A stretch of 64,000 nucleotides of DNA, taken from Octopus sinensis (lineage: Eukaryota). The notes under the pieces were generated by a model. That model saw only the letters and a list, made by a program, of their open reading frames with translations, ran no database searches and had not been told where the DNA came from. The translations under genes and the position numbers were made by a program. Each line of letters starts with the position of its first letter. Within the stretch, counting starts at the first letter, position 1. The stretch lies in assembly GCF_006345805.1 (NCBI RefSeq), contig NC_043006.1:72478001-72542000 (forward strand). The letters are read 5' to 3'. Positions 48,590 to 61,737 of the stretch are shown in pieces.

Positions 48590-49640
48590 TGGTCAACTGG
48601 AGATCTATTCTGTCACCCACCAGTGGATTCTCACTGAGAAGTTTGGTGAAAGCAATGTTGTTACTCTAGATATTAGCAATACCATTGACTGTGTCTGGTA
48701 TGCAAATCTTTTATCAAAATTTCTCACCTATAGATTCCACACATCTCTCGTCTCTTTGATTAGCAGTTTCTTATCAGATTGTACTATTGTGGCATGGGTT
48801 TATGGTGCACTTTCTACCCCACTGCCACCAACTTATATTTTGTTCCTCATTCTCTTCAATAACCTACTTGGCTCACTTCCAAAAATGTCCAATTTTACAC
48901 AGTTGATATGAACTTTTAGTCCTCCAAAACCTTCTCTATTTATGCATCATCCACATGCAACCTAAACGCTGCACACCACACCTGCAGTGATTCCATTAAT
49001 GGAGTCCTTGAGAGCATCATCCTGTGAGACCATATCAAGCTTGTCTCTTTTAACAGCACAAAAAAAAAACTCATGCTCATCCTATCAAGAAAACACCACT
49101 CCCATCACAGTTTTCCTTTAAACATGAGCAGCACTCAACTATAAATCTCATGGTTAATCCAAATCACTGAAGATCTCTATTGGTGAAAGGACATCTTTAG
49201 CATAGCTTGGAACATATTCCCAAAACTAACCTTTCTCTTTAGAATCAGAAGATATTTTTCCAACAGCTGTTGACACCCTACAAGGCTCAGGCAAGGCCCA
49301 CATCTGGGATTGTGCTGCTATTAGGCATGTTGACGTACTGGATTCTATCCAGGTAAGGGTCTCTTGACTCAGTCGCTCTCCATTACTAATGGAAACACTT
49401 TAGCCTCTTCCCAGAGCTGGTTGGTCTCATACCTCCATTACCCAGGCACCCCTGTCCCGCTAATTTCTCTACCTTTTGGTACCCATTCTTTCCTTGCACT
49501 AATTGCTATGCTTAGTCCTTCATCTCCAGTGCAACAGGCCTCTGGAATCTCCTCTCTACTCATGTCTTTCCTGCAATAATTGAAATACAACATTAATGGT
49601 ATCAATTTCACCAGACTTTGAAGGACTGCATGGATCACGA
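48590..49640 (+). mobile_element. CR1/Jockey-group LINE RT and 3' fragment, decayed
   Basis: STGDL...THQW..EKFGESNVVTLDIS..DCVWYANLLSK...ISSFLSD; 3' region resembling SFI.S..GLWNLL. Confidence 0.65.
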
Positions 49641-50185
49641 GCCCTACCCCTTCCTCTAGACTTATATAAATGAAAAGAAAATTTATATTATATGTTCTTC
49701 TGTTAAAGAGTTGATTGGTAGACTTATTCTGTTGTTCTGTTTAATGCCACCACCACCCAACACCTTGAATGCTTTTAGTGCTGTCCCCTCTGTTGCAAGC
49801 CCTTGAGCCAGGACTCCAGTTTACAGATACTTTCTTCCTTCCTTGTCACCATTCTTCAGGGCCCTGTAAAGAATTACAGGTATTGCCTTCCTTCTTGCCA
49901 ATGATGGAATCCCTGCGGGGCACATGATCTGTTAGTAATAGTTCCCTCAAATCACACCATATCTTTCATAATTAGGAACACATTAGATAGTGTAGGTCTA
50001 GGTGCCTAACACCACATGGAATGGTCATGGCTAGAATACCTTTGATCATAGACCTGCTTGATCAGAGTTGAACTGTGACTAACAAACTAGAGAAGATTAC
50101 ATAACAAAATGTGTAAGAGTCCTATCTCTCTGGAATGTTTCTAAGCATCAAATCATATGAAATTTCTGCATATTTTTATTTTTAG

Positions 50186-50317
50186 ATTTGGGTGATCTAG
50201 AACCAAATACATTTTTAAGTCCATTCCTTGGAGTAATCAGATCAGAAGATACAACAGGGCCAATCACTGGACTTGCTCTCACCTCTGTCAACAAATTTAT
50301 CTCCTATGGATTGATTG
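50186..50317 (+). CDS. GBF1: GBF1 coding exon 3 (DLGDLEPNTFLSPFLGVIRSEDTTGPITGLALTSVNKFISYGLI)
   Basis: tttag acceptor and GTAAGT donor; 132 nt, phase 1 to 1. Contains the diagnostic DCB motif VIRSEDTTGPITGLALTSVNKF. Confidence 0.97.
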
Positions 50318-50667
50318 GTAAGTAACTGTTTTTATTTCATTTTGATTTCAGATTTATCAAATTGTTTGTTCCAAGCTTTTAAGCACCACTCTTAAAAAGA
50401 TAACTGTTTCTGGGGCAGTAGCATTTAGAAGGTAACAAGTCCACAAAACTATCATAATATGGACCATGAGTTACTGCACAAGACCATACTGACAGGAAGT
50501 ATGGAGAGGATGAGAACAAGAAGTCACTTATTGTTAAAACATTTTTATAAAAGTCTTCCTTTTTTATGTTTTTTTTTCTTCATTCCCTTTCTCTTCAAAT
50601 GATAGATATTTCTGCTTTTCATTGTATCTAACAGTATTTAACCTGTTAAATTCTTGTCTTGTTTTAG

Positions 50668-50786
50668 AGCCTTCCTGTAAAACAGCAGCGCCAGCCATAG
50701 AAAATATCGCTGATGCTGTAACACATGCTCGATTTGTTGGCACAGATCCTAGTTCGGATGAAGTTGTTCTTATGAAAATATTACAT
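50668..50786 (+). CDS. GBF1: GBF1 coding exon 4 ([40 protein letters not shown])
   Basis: ttttag acceptor and GTAAGG donor; 119 nt, phase 1 to 0. Motif [24 protein letters not shown]. Confidence 0.97.
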
Positions 50787-51762
50787 GTAAGGTTTTATAT
50801 TTTCCTGTTATTGTTAAAAGGATGTAACATTTATCTGCCTTGTTATTGTGAATAATGAATTTATTTAATTTTATTTGTTTTTATCAGAAATATGTGTGTG
50901 TAAAGGGTTAGTCTTATAGAAGAAACCATTAGTGCTTGGGGCCACAATTAAATGCATCCAGTCCAGTGCACTCTTTGTAGTGGTTAGTGATCAAGTTGAG
51001 ATGACATAGTCAAGAGGACTCTTTAACGTTGTGAAAATATCACAGCTTTACTAGTATCAGTGTCATATTAAATGTACTCAGTATTCTCGTGTAAAGCGGT
51101 TGGTGATAGGAAGAGCATTTAATAGTAGAAACCAAGCCAAGACTGAAACATACAAGGGAGATGTGATCTTCCCATTCATCCAGGAGGGTGGTAACTCCAA
51201 AGGACTGACTCAAACTGTGACGACCTGTCTAACTCATGGAAAGTGAATGATAATAATGATGATAGTCAGTAACATCACTAGTAGCCACTTATAGCTATAT
51301 TTCATATGAGCCTACTTTACATTTCACCTACTCATAAGGCAAATACACAAGACATAAATTTTATGTCCATCAGGAAATGGCATACGGAGATGGTTGCGAG
51401 GAGTTACCCAACATGTCTCCTTAAAATCACCAGTCAATCTTTATCAAGGTGATCTGCTGGAGGGTCTTGTAAAAGTGGTTCTGCAAGTACCATGCAGTGA
51501 TAATTAACCCAGAACTACATAATTGCAAAGCAAACTTCTTAACCACATACCTGCACTTTCTTTGTCGAGAACTTATCTTTTTCTATGGTGCTTACCTTAC
51601 TATCTTACAGTTTAATTAAGATATTTCATATTCATTTCTCTTTCTAAATTATCTCATCATTATGAGAAAAATGATGTATTGACTCATATAAAAATTTTCA
51701 ATACCTTAGTACATTACAACTAATACATTTAATTTGTTTTCATAATTACTATATCTTTGTAG

Positions 51763-51871
51763 GTACTTCGAACGTTGCTGCTGTCTCCAGCTGGAGTGCT
51801 ACTTACAAATGAATCTGTCTGTGAAATCATGCAGTCTTGCTTCAGAATCTGTTTTGAGATGAGATTGAGTG
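51763..51871 (+). CDS. GBF1: GBF1 coding exon 5 ([36 protein letters not shown])
   Basis: tttgtag acceptor and GTAAGA donor; 109 nt, phase 0 to 1. Motif [23 protein letters not shown]. Confidence 0.97.
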
Positions 51872-54800
51872 GTAAGAAAATATGCATAGTTTATAACTAT
51901 CTATTGCAAATCATCATTATCATTTTTCTTTTTCTCCCCTTTTCCATTTCTATTAGTGGTAGTCCACAATATTATATATGTTGTAAACTCATCACAAGCC
52001 AATTCTACTTTTACCATTGGTCCATATTCACGACAGAGTTAATAGCTTCATGCAGTCTAATATTTCATTTGACTTGCTCCTTGTTAATTTGTGAAATGCA
52101 TGTCCTTTGCAAAGCTCTGCAACTTGATGTATGTGACTCAGTTAGTAGCCAGTTGTATATTTGGTCTCCTCATTGTTCTTGGTTTTATTTCTGTCATCAA
52201 GTATCTGTGTGTACATATATGTGGATGTGAATGTATATACATGTATGTGTGAGTGTGTTTAAGTGTGTTTGCAGGTCTTTTCATTAACACTGCTTGAGTA
52301 GCAGGGGTGTTGCTTATGATCTACACAAACAAATAAATCTCACAGCTATCTTCTAGTAGTGTCATGAGGTAATGAAATGCTGGTCGGTGTCTTAATGTTC
52401 AAGGACACAAACAGTGGTACAGTGATGAGGTAGAATGTTCATATTCTCTACATTTTCAGGACGTCTCCAAGAAACTGAGTGTCATCTTCTTTGACAGTCT
52501 CTTCCTTTTCCATTTAGAGTAATTGCCAACTTAAGAGATATCTGCACACATCATTGGCCAATCTACTTTTACCATTAGTTCCTATCTGTGGCAAGGTCAA
52601 CATCTTTATTAAATTTTATATTACTTTTAGCTAAATCATCATTAAATTGTTAAATGAATGTCTTTCAAATACAATAAAGGAAAGGATTTCCAACCCAGGG
52701 CATGAAGTGGCATTTCAAGGAGTGTAACCAAGAAGGAAAGAGTATACTTCATTCATCTTCCTTATGATACCATATTTCTGTCTTTGTTCTAGTTATTTTG
52801 AAAATAATGAAGAATTTAGTCAAATATTTTTGCCATTACTAAGCTAGGATATAAGTCACCTTGAAATTTTGATGAATGGTTTTAATTTAGATTACTTAAA
52901 AACAGTAAGTATGTATCATAGAGCAAAGAGCAGTCTCAGGTAGGTTGGTTATCAGAAGAGTCAAAAACACTTTTCAGTATAAATTATTAACTTTTAACAA
53001 ATGTTTTGTTCTTTTGAGCACACCAAGAACTTCTCCACTACTATACCTCTCTCAATCCCTGCATACACTGTGCATGTATCATTATTTTACCATCATTACT
53101 ATTTAGTCACTTTTCACTCCATGCATCCATCATCGGTCACCTCCGACCCCTTAGCCACCATTGACTACATTCACTCCTTAACCCTGTCCAATATAATAAA
53201 CACATGTTGTCTGTTCTTCCCTATCTCCCCCACTTATCATCCACTCAGCACTTGTTCTTCATTATACTCACCTCTCAACCACTCCTTGTCTTGCACGCTC
53301 CCATAGCAGATATGTGTTTGCATGCAGTAATGTTCCAACATGAAGAATCCTTAGAGTTTGTCCAAGCATTCAGTTTGTTATTTTCACTTGTCCTTTAAAT
53401 TAAAAACTACTTTCTTAAGAGTGTAATATTTGAAGTGGTAACAATTGTCTACAATAAGTGTTATATAATTAAAGTAGGCAGACAGTCACCAAAATGTTGC
53501 CAGAATTATTATGTACAAAATATATTCTGCAAGTTGCAGTGTTTTGTTTGCTTTAAGTTGGTGGCAAAAATAGCAGAAACTTACATATTTCTAGCAAATG
53601 CTTATGTATGTAATGGCTCCAGTGAATAAGATATTGGATTACTAGCTCGTAGTGCTTGAATTTAAACCCACTCAAGATATTTTATTATATATTTTAGTAG
53701 TTTCCTAAACAATTGGGAAACAAAGCTTTCTCTCTATAAGACACTAATCTTATAGTGATAATTTTTCTCTCAAAATATATAGTATTTATTCCTTCTCAGT
53801 ACATTTAACCCATTTGATCCCAACCTGAGACCAACCCTTGTTCTATGAGACAGATCTCTGTTTTAAGCTGAGCTAAATTGAAACTTGTCATCATAATTTC
53901 ATGTTAACTTAATAATAAGAAAGTTATTTTACTAGATGCCTCACTATTTTCAAAATGAATTGAAACAAAGACAGTCTATTTCAAAAGAATTATGTTAATG
54001 AAAGGATTTAAGATGGTGAATTGGCAATTATTGTAGTGTTGGATAGAATGCCTTGCAGTATTTGTCTCAACTCTGCATTTTTAAGTTCAAATTCCATTGA
54101 GGTCAACTTTGCTTTTCATATTTTGGGGGGTCAATAAAAAAGTACCAGTCTAGAATGATGAATCGGTGCTACTGTTAAAATGGCAGGTGAGATATCTTGG
54201 CTCTTTATGCTGACCTTTCATATGGATAAACCATGGTGGCATTTAGAGTAGAGACTTGAATGCATGGATAGACAACTACCAGTCTTCCTCAAAAAACATA
54301 ACCTCATCCTGCACCTTCATGTGCAGAAGCATGGTCAACAGTAACTGACTGAGGCCTCTACACGACATTTAGTTGTTGGAAATAGGTAACAGATCATTTG
54401 GAGAATGTTACCCATTTTAATTTAGTGTCCTATGCAGAAAAGATACCTGTCATCTACTTAACATTATTAAAGTAAGGGAAAAAAAAAACAGAAAGGAAGA
54501 ATGAGACAGATCTGTGCATTAACCCTTAAAACTTTGGAAACTTTTATATTTTATGTTTACAAATTTGGGTGGAGAAATAAATTGCTGTTGTTTAGCCCCA
54601 GGTCAGCTCTAACTTAGCTGACCTATGATCAAAACCATTCCATTAAGACCACTCCATCTTTTTATATATCTAGGACTACATTGTCTAATGTGCTTCTTTT
54701 TTAAAGACAGTATAATTGATGGACATTTGGTTTCTATTTCTAGCAAGTTTTTTGTTGGTTTTATTATATTGATGTCTAGAATTGCTTTTCCACAATGTAA

Positions 54801-56994
54801 TTGCTTCAGTTTCAACAAACATTGTCTCAGATCAAATCATTTGCTAGATGAAAACATCTTGTTTTATATCTAGTTTCTGGTGTGCATTTCTCTGAATAGA
54901 ATGTAAAATCACTGAAATTCTGAAAAGAAAAACAAAATCCATAAACAACGATTCTGTCATTGATTCTCTAAAAAAGATAAATTATCAGTATTTACATGTA
55001 AATTCAAGCTACACCTCAAGATTAACTCTTTATATATGTATATTTTTACTTTTATTTATTATTTTTTATTTGTTAATCTTTGTCAAATGATTTTATGATA
55101 ATGACCTTTGTCAGTCTTTCAAAGATTTCAGTCAACAGCAAACATGAAAATGTCAGTAAAAAGTTTGAAACACTAATTGTAGAAGCCATACTATCTCCAT
55201 ACTAACTCTTCATAATCAATAGACAAGTACTTTTTTCTAATTAATTTTTTAAAAAATCAATGACTGTTACCTAATAAGTTGTGTAATCATTATCATCATA
55301 ATCATTTTAACATCGACTTTCCATGCTCACTTGGGTTGAACCAAATTCATAGAGTCAAACTTTGTGGCTGAATGCCCTCCCTGTTGCCAACCCTCACCTG
55401 TTTCCAAGTAAGGTAATATTTCCCCTTGACCCGAAATGTTTTCACAGAAGACTGAAAACTGAAGGCACCACTTGTATGACTGATACTCACTTACAACTGT
55501 CACATGACACTAACAAACACACACATGCACAGATTCACTCACAAGGCTTTGTTCAGCCTGGGGCTATTGTTGAAGACACTTAAGCAAGGTACTACATAGA
55601 CTGAATCCAAAACTTTGTGGTTGGGAAGTAAACTTCTCAACCACACAGCAGTGTCTGTGCCTGTAGTTGTAACTATTTGTAAATTACTTGTGTGTTAACA
55701 GTGTTTTGTTTCAATGCCATTCTGTACAACATAGTGTATCCATTGATTTTAGCTAACACTGTATGTAATACAAAAATGTTCATAACTAGTTTTGTATATA
55801 CAATATCTTTGTGAAGAGAAGAGGAATAAGCTGAACTACCTCCACTCCTTAGCATTTCATCAGCAAGTGAGTATCTCTTTTAACCGATCACAAAGACACC
55901 ATCTATAAACCCAATTTTGCTAAAGGCTTGAATAAATCAAGTTGAGTGGTATGCATATTAAAATACATTCTCAACAATTACTGACTGGAATTAGTTTGGT
56001 TGATCCTACTTTTTCTGTCCACAAAGACATTGTACATGAAGTCAGTGTCAAATGTTGACTAAAATCTATAGATATATTTTGTAGTATAGAATAACATTGA
56101 AACAAAATACCATTAGCACATAAGTAATTTATTGATTGGACTAATTGCTAAGAAAGTATCAATTTACAAATCAGTTAGTCTAGATTAGTTAAACTGTAAG
56201 AAATAATAGGTTTATAAACAGTGTCTTGGTGAACAGTTAAAGAGTGTAACTCAGCCTTTGATGAAATTTCAGTACAGGTTTGAGACTAGTCCAGTTGGTT
56301 CTTTTTCTGTCCACAAGAAAACTGTATTTAAGGACAACCTGTTTGCATCTGTCATATATAGAGCTGGTTAAAATCTGCAGATTTTTTTCTGTAATACAGC
56401 ATAGCATTATAACTGTTCAGTTGTTTCAACAATTGCATGTTCACTGTTGATTCTGACAGAGAACCCATCACTCATACACTGTAGAGAAGCAAGTATTATA
56501 TGCTTTGCCATATAGAATCAGTACACAGTCAGTGACAGGATACAAACAATTAACCCTTCAACCAGAAAGGTTAATAGTTTGTATCCTGTGAAAATACATA
56601 TTACACTTAAAAGTTGAAAATTTCTTTGAAAGGAATAATAGGTGTGGTTGTTATCTCTGGTTTCTAAAGCATTAACCTGATGAGGAACAAAGCTTGTCCT
56701 CAGTAGGATATAAGTTTTGTAAGAGGTAAACCTCCTGGAAATGCTTCGTAAATTATTCTTCTTGGCACTCTTATTTAAAATCTACATTGGAGCATGTATA
56801 GCTGTGTGGTTAAGAAACTCACTTTGCAGCCATATGGTTTCAAGTTCAGTCCTACTGCATGGAACTTGGTAGTGTCTTCTATAACCCTGGGTTGACCAAT
56901 GACCAATACCTTTTGAGTGAATTTAGTTGACAAACTATGTGGAAACCCATCATATATACACACACACACATACACACACATATATATACATACG

Positions 56995-57038
<44 letters not shown>

Positions 57039-57059
57039 ACACATACATGTATATTGTGG

Positions 57060-57530
57060 GATTCCAAAGACACATGACACATCAGGAAGCATTGAGGTTT
57101 TAAAAGATGCAATGTCTCAGCAACTAACAACTGATGCAGGTAGCTTGTTCTCTGCTTCAGCAACTCTGAGTGTGAAAACATATTTCCAAAGGTCATGGAG
57201 CTTTATGGTTTACTTTTAGTGTGGTTTATTTTTAGTCCATCATACATATGATGTTGACATTCTAGTGGGAGAATCAATAGTTTGTACCTTGTCATTGACC
57301 ATTCACTGCATTTATATAGCAAGGCTTTTAATACTTGCTTCTTCACTGTATATGAATGATGGCTTCTCTGCTGGACTCAACAGTGAACATGCAGTTGTTG
57401 AAACAACTAAATTCTTATTCATGAAATTAACTCATGAGCTGCTGAGTTTTCCACAGACATGCATACTTTTAGCACAATTCTTAGATCAGCTTAGCAGACA
57501 TAATGTAGCAAGGTCGGACTTCTTTTGAAT
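57060..57530 (-). mobile_element. CR1 fragments (3' UTR piece homologous to 34300-34420, plus a decayed RT piece)
   Basis: AATGTCTCAGCAACTAACAACT..GCAGGTAG shared with the 34.3-kb element; VNFMNKN-like RT remnant. Confidence 0.55.
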
Positions 57531-59321
57531 TAGAGGTGGAATTCATAGAAGAATTAACCTTGGTATTGGATTCTTTATTCATGCGCACCATAGGTATGAA
57601 AGGCAAAGTTGGCTTCAATGGGATTTGAACTTGGAGTGTAAAGAGTTTGAATGAAAACTGTAAGAAATTATGTCTGATTCTGCTAATTCACCCCTGGTGT
57701 AAATTGTTGTTTTAAAGTAAACATTTGTTTCTAACCTATTTGAGTATTATATAAGTAGTGTTTGTTTCATTGGCTTACATTACTGACTTGATAATCCTCT
57801 TATAGCCTTGACAAAGGCAATGGAGACAGTACTCTCCTGAACACCCCCTCCTTTATTGTTATTCATGTCACACATGAATAATAGATTAATAAGCTTTAAG
57901 TGGTTCCTTAACAACTGGACTGATTCATCATAAAATATATACTTGTCAGTCATCAACAGATTTAATTCATGGGATGATAATAGTTTCATGCTTACAGTTT
58001 TATGCCATCATCATCACCCTTTTCCCCTTTATTAGCATTTTTACAATTTTTTCCATCCCTCCTGCTAATATAGATTTTTTTTTACAGATTTTTTACATAT
58101 TTACTTACTGTTATTGCAACTATATCTTTGTAATAAACTGTTGTTTAGTCACAGATCAGCCCTCATGTTAATCTATTATCAAAGATATTTTATAAATGAG
58201 CATCACCATTTCCAGATATTTTATTCAATGTGTCTTTTTTGTTTGAGACTTCAGAATGGCAAAAGGAGGGAGTTGAGGGACATTTGGATGCTATTTCTGG
58301 AAAGTCAAGAAACTGCATAGAGACTCCCTCTTTGACTCAATTTGTGATATATTTTTACATAGTACCATAAATTAACCCTTTTTGTTACTGTATTTATTTT
58401 GAGATGCTCTGTGTTTCTTTCAATTATTTTAAATATAACAAAGAATTTAGTAAAATAATTTAGTTATCATTAAGCTAGTGTTAGGAACATAAATTGTGAC
58501 TAAGGTTTGGTGGAAGATTGTCATTCAAAACTTATGGAAACATGACATTTGTACTACAGTGCCAGAGCTGGTTTCAGCTGGGTTGGTAACGAAAGGGTTA
58601 AACAACTCGGCTTTTAATTTTTATCTTTGTTACTTCATTCTGAAAAAAAACAGGTGGTGGATTGACTGTGAGTTCAAATCCCACTGAGGTCAGTTTTGCT
58701 TTTCCTCTCTCCTGGGTTGATAAAATATAGTACCAGTCAAGAACTGGATCAGTCAAAACGACTAACATTTTCACTCAAATGTTTGGCCTTATATGTAGAA
58801 TCCATGTCAAAGCTGTCATTGGAACTCAACACAGCCCTGCATCTTGCCACATCCTGTCAAACCATCCAACCCATGCCAGCATTGAAAACATGTTAAATAA
58901 TGATGTAGATTTAACCTTTTATGATCACAATTGTGATTGGGTTCATTGTGTGTAGTTGTTTTCTAGTTACTTAATTTGTATTTTATGTATTGAATCAAAT
59001 GCTCCATTTTTCACTTCAGTTTGCTTACACACAGTTCAATATGTGGTTATTGACGTTTTTATCTTCAAGTTTTATATTATGTACGTAGGAGGTGGACAGA
59101 AATGATATCACAGTGTTACATCAGAAGTTAGAGAGAGAGACAGACAAACAAACAGACAGTACTCCTCTAGATGGTGACATTAGTCTTCTTGTTTCAGGAG
59201 TTGCAGAAACTACTCCTGGAGATGTAAATATTAAAAATAATGTAGTGGAAGTTACAGAATGTACTACTGTGAATAGTGGTGATGCTAATGTTATTAACAA
59301 AGTAACACAGAGTATTGTTGC

Positions 59322-59354
<33 letters not shown>

Positions 59355-59417
59355 AGAAACCAAAAGAGAATATGAACAGTATTGCTAAGACTGAGAATAT
59401 TAACACTGTTCCACTGA

Positions 59418-59680
59418 TAATTCTATCTATCTATCCGCTCAGTCAAAGTCGACTCTTGGTTACTCGTTGGATCAGTGCCCTCCAGTCAGTTCTGTCCTGG
59501 CCAATTCTTTCAGATTGGCTATGTCCATTCCGGTATCACTCTTGATGGTGTCAAGCCAGCAGGTTCTTGGTCGGCCTCTTCCTCTCTTGCCACTGACCAT
59601 TCCGAGCATGATGTCCTTCTCCAGGGATTTTCTCTGCATAATATGGCCGAAATATGCCAATCTATGCTTGGTGATCCTTT
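59418..59680 (-). mobile_element. RTE (BovB-like) LINE 3' end
   Basis: AYFGHIMQRKSLEKDIMLGMVSGKRGRGRPRTCWLDTIKSDTG, with a (GATA)n tail. Confidence 0.85.
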
Positions 59681-59873
59681 ACAGACAGAAATAACAGAGA
59701 TGTTATTGTTAACGTTAGAGTTGAGATAGATAGGGAGAGTACCAAAAATTTTCCATTTTGTCCAAGCCAGAAACTGCATGCAGAAGACATATAATCAATA
59801 ATGAAGTAATATTCTTTGGAAATTGATTTCATATGGAAAGTATGTTTTTAATTGTTATTTTATTTTATTTTAG

Positions 59874-59983
59874 AGTTATTAAGGAAGTCTGCTGAGCACA
59901 CCCTTATGGATATGGTACAACTTCTGTTCACGCGGCTACCTCAGTTCAAGGAAGATCCAAAATGGAATGCAAGTATGAAGAAG
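59874..59983 (+). CDS. GBF1: GBF1 coding exon 6 (ELLRKSAEHTLMDMVQLLFTRLPQFKEDPKWNASMKK)
   Basis: ttttag acceptor and GTAACA donor; 110 nt, phase 1 to 0. Motif ELLRKSAEHTL.DMVQLLFTRLPQFKE. Confidence 0.97.
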
Positions 59984-60599
59984 GTAACATCTTATTTTGT
60001 GATCAAATCATCTTTTCTAAGCTAGCTAAGACCATGTAAGTTGTGTGGCTCAGGAATTTGCTTCTCAACCATAAGGTTTTGGGTTCAGTCCTGTTGTGTG
60101 TTATCTTGAGCAGTTGTCTCTTACTCTCACCATGAGGCAACCAACATCTCATCAGTGAGCTTGATAGACAGAAAAAGCTTATTGTGTGTGTGTAAGTGTG
60201 TATGTGCACCTGTGCACATGTCTGCCTGAATGTTTACATTCTACACTTCTTTTATTAAAAAAGTGTTAAGCTATACTTGGTGATGTTTGTTGACATTTCA
60301 CTATCTACAAATCATCAAGTAATTCAACACTTTTGAAGACAAGTGGAATGAAAACTGGTGATATGTGGTTCCATAGAAAGAGACAAGGAGAGATAATTTT
60401 TGTTAGTATAGACCATTGTTCATCATCAGTACATTCACACCCCTACCATTATCTCTTGCTATCCCTCACTTTCCCCATACAATCTTGTCACCTCTACCCA
60501 GCCACCTTTCCTGATCTTTTGCTTCTACTCTCTGGACCCATTCTGATATCTCATCCCCATCATCTCTGTTTGTTCTTGACTCTAAGCTGTCTTTTCTAC

Positions 60600-61040
60600 T
60601 TCTCTCGGTTGAATCCCTGCTTTCTTAGCTCTGCCTCAATATTCCACCTCCAGCTATTTCTAGGGTATCTCCCTTGTGAACTCCAGGTAGAGGGCCTGAT
60701 ATGTAATGCAAGATGTTAGTTTCCTTTTGGATTTTGCTGCACCATGTTATATGTTTCTCTGAGGGAAGGCCTTCCTTTTCCCAGGTTTGTTGGCTTTGAA
60801 TTATTATTGATGCTTCTGTAACTTTGCTTTGCTGTTTCTAGGTAGAGATGTCAGCTCTGTGCAAACCCATTTTTACTCTGACGAAAGTTCATTCATATCA
60901 TTCTGGCCTCTATCCCTTATCCTATCCAGCTTAGGAAGCTTTACCAGGAACTCTCTCTCTCCACCAGCATACCTCTTAGGCTCATTGAAGCACACAAGCC
61001 ACCACACTGCCACTAGGACTGAACCTTGTGGTGGTTAATT
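60600..61040 (-). mobile_element. Probable 5' UTR/5' end of an RTE-type LINE, decayed
   Basis: GCTTGTGTGCTTCAATGAGCCTAAGAGGTATGCTGG..TGGTAAAGCTTCC..GAGGCCAGA resembles RTE 5' UTR layout. Recognition by memory only. Confidence 0.4.
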
Positions 61041-61156
61041 GATTATAGTAACCCCTTAACAGGTCTGTGGCCTTGTACCAGTTTTAGAAATTGATGTAAT
61101 CTCATTATTTTCTTGTATCTAGTCTTTATGCAGTTTTTTTTTTTATCCCCTTGCAG

Positions 61157-61609
61157 CTAAAGATGAGGACTGGCAGTGTTGAACCATCACGGATGGGCAA
61201 AAAGAAACGTTCACCCAAGCGGAAACATGACAAAATGAACTCTCAACATGCTTCAATGCATCCACAGATCACACGGCAGAGCAATGAATGCCTAAAGAAT
61301 GGGAATACTTCATCTGCACCAGTTTCTATAGGGACACCAGTATCAGCATCATCTTCATCATCATCAACAATAACAGCCACAACTACTACTTCTCCAACCA
61401 ATGCATCAGTAACAAGTGAAACTAGTGCAGAGGAAAACAGAATTCAAAGTGATAGGAAGATCAAAGACTTAAATAATGAAAGTGAACTTTCTGAATCAGT
61501 TCAGTCACCTGATGGTGTCCATGAAACTGCACCAGATGAAATCATAGCTACAACGCCTGCTGCTTTACCAATGGAAAAAACTGTGATTGATATCAATAAC
61601 AGCTTTCAG
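61157..61609 (+). CDS. GBF1: GBF1 coding exon 7 (LKMRTGSVEPSRMGKKKRSPKRK... Ser/Thr-rich disordered linker ...INNSFQ)
   Basis: ttgcag acceptor at 61155-61156; 453-nt open frame; CAG|GTATTC donor at 61610. The start matches GBF1 'KKLKMR...KK.KRSP'. The 3' boundary is less certain because the linker is poorly conserved. Confidence 0.85.
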
Positions 61610-61737
61610 GTATTCATTTGTTTTTCTAAAGTATTTGATAAATTCAGAAAATTTATTTTTCTTGCTTCAACTACATAGCATTTCAAAGCATTCTCAAGCA
61701 AAATACTACACTACCTTTCTTTTTAATAATAGATGTA

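Noticed and set aside
56677-56740. CTGATGAG followed by a hairpin (hammerhead candidate); likewise CTGATGA...GGAAAC at 1828-1870
   Set aside because: The first has no GAAA box after the stem. The second cannot form stem II or the GUH site.
58258-58370. Phase-1-compatible open stretch after a CTTCAG acceptor (EWQKEGVEGHLDAISGK...)
   Set aside because: No good donor before the stop codon, and GBF1 aligns without a gap across the flanking exons (RLS|ELLRK).
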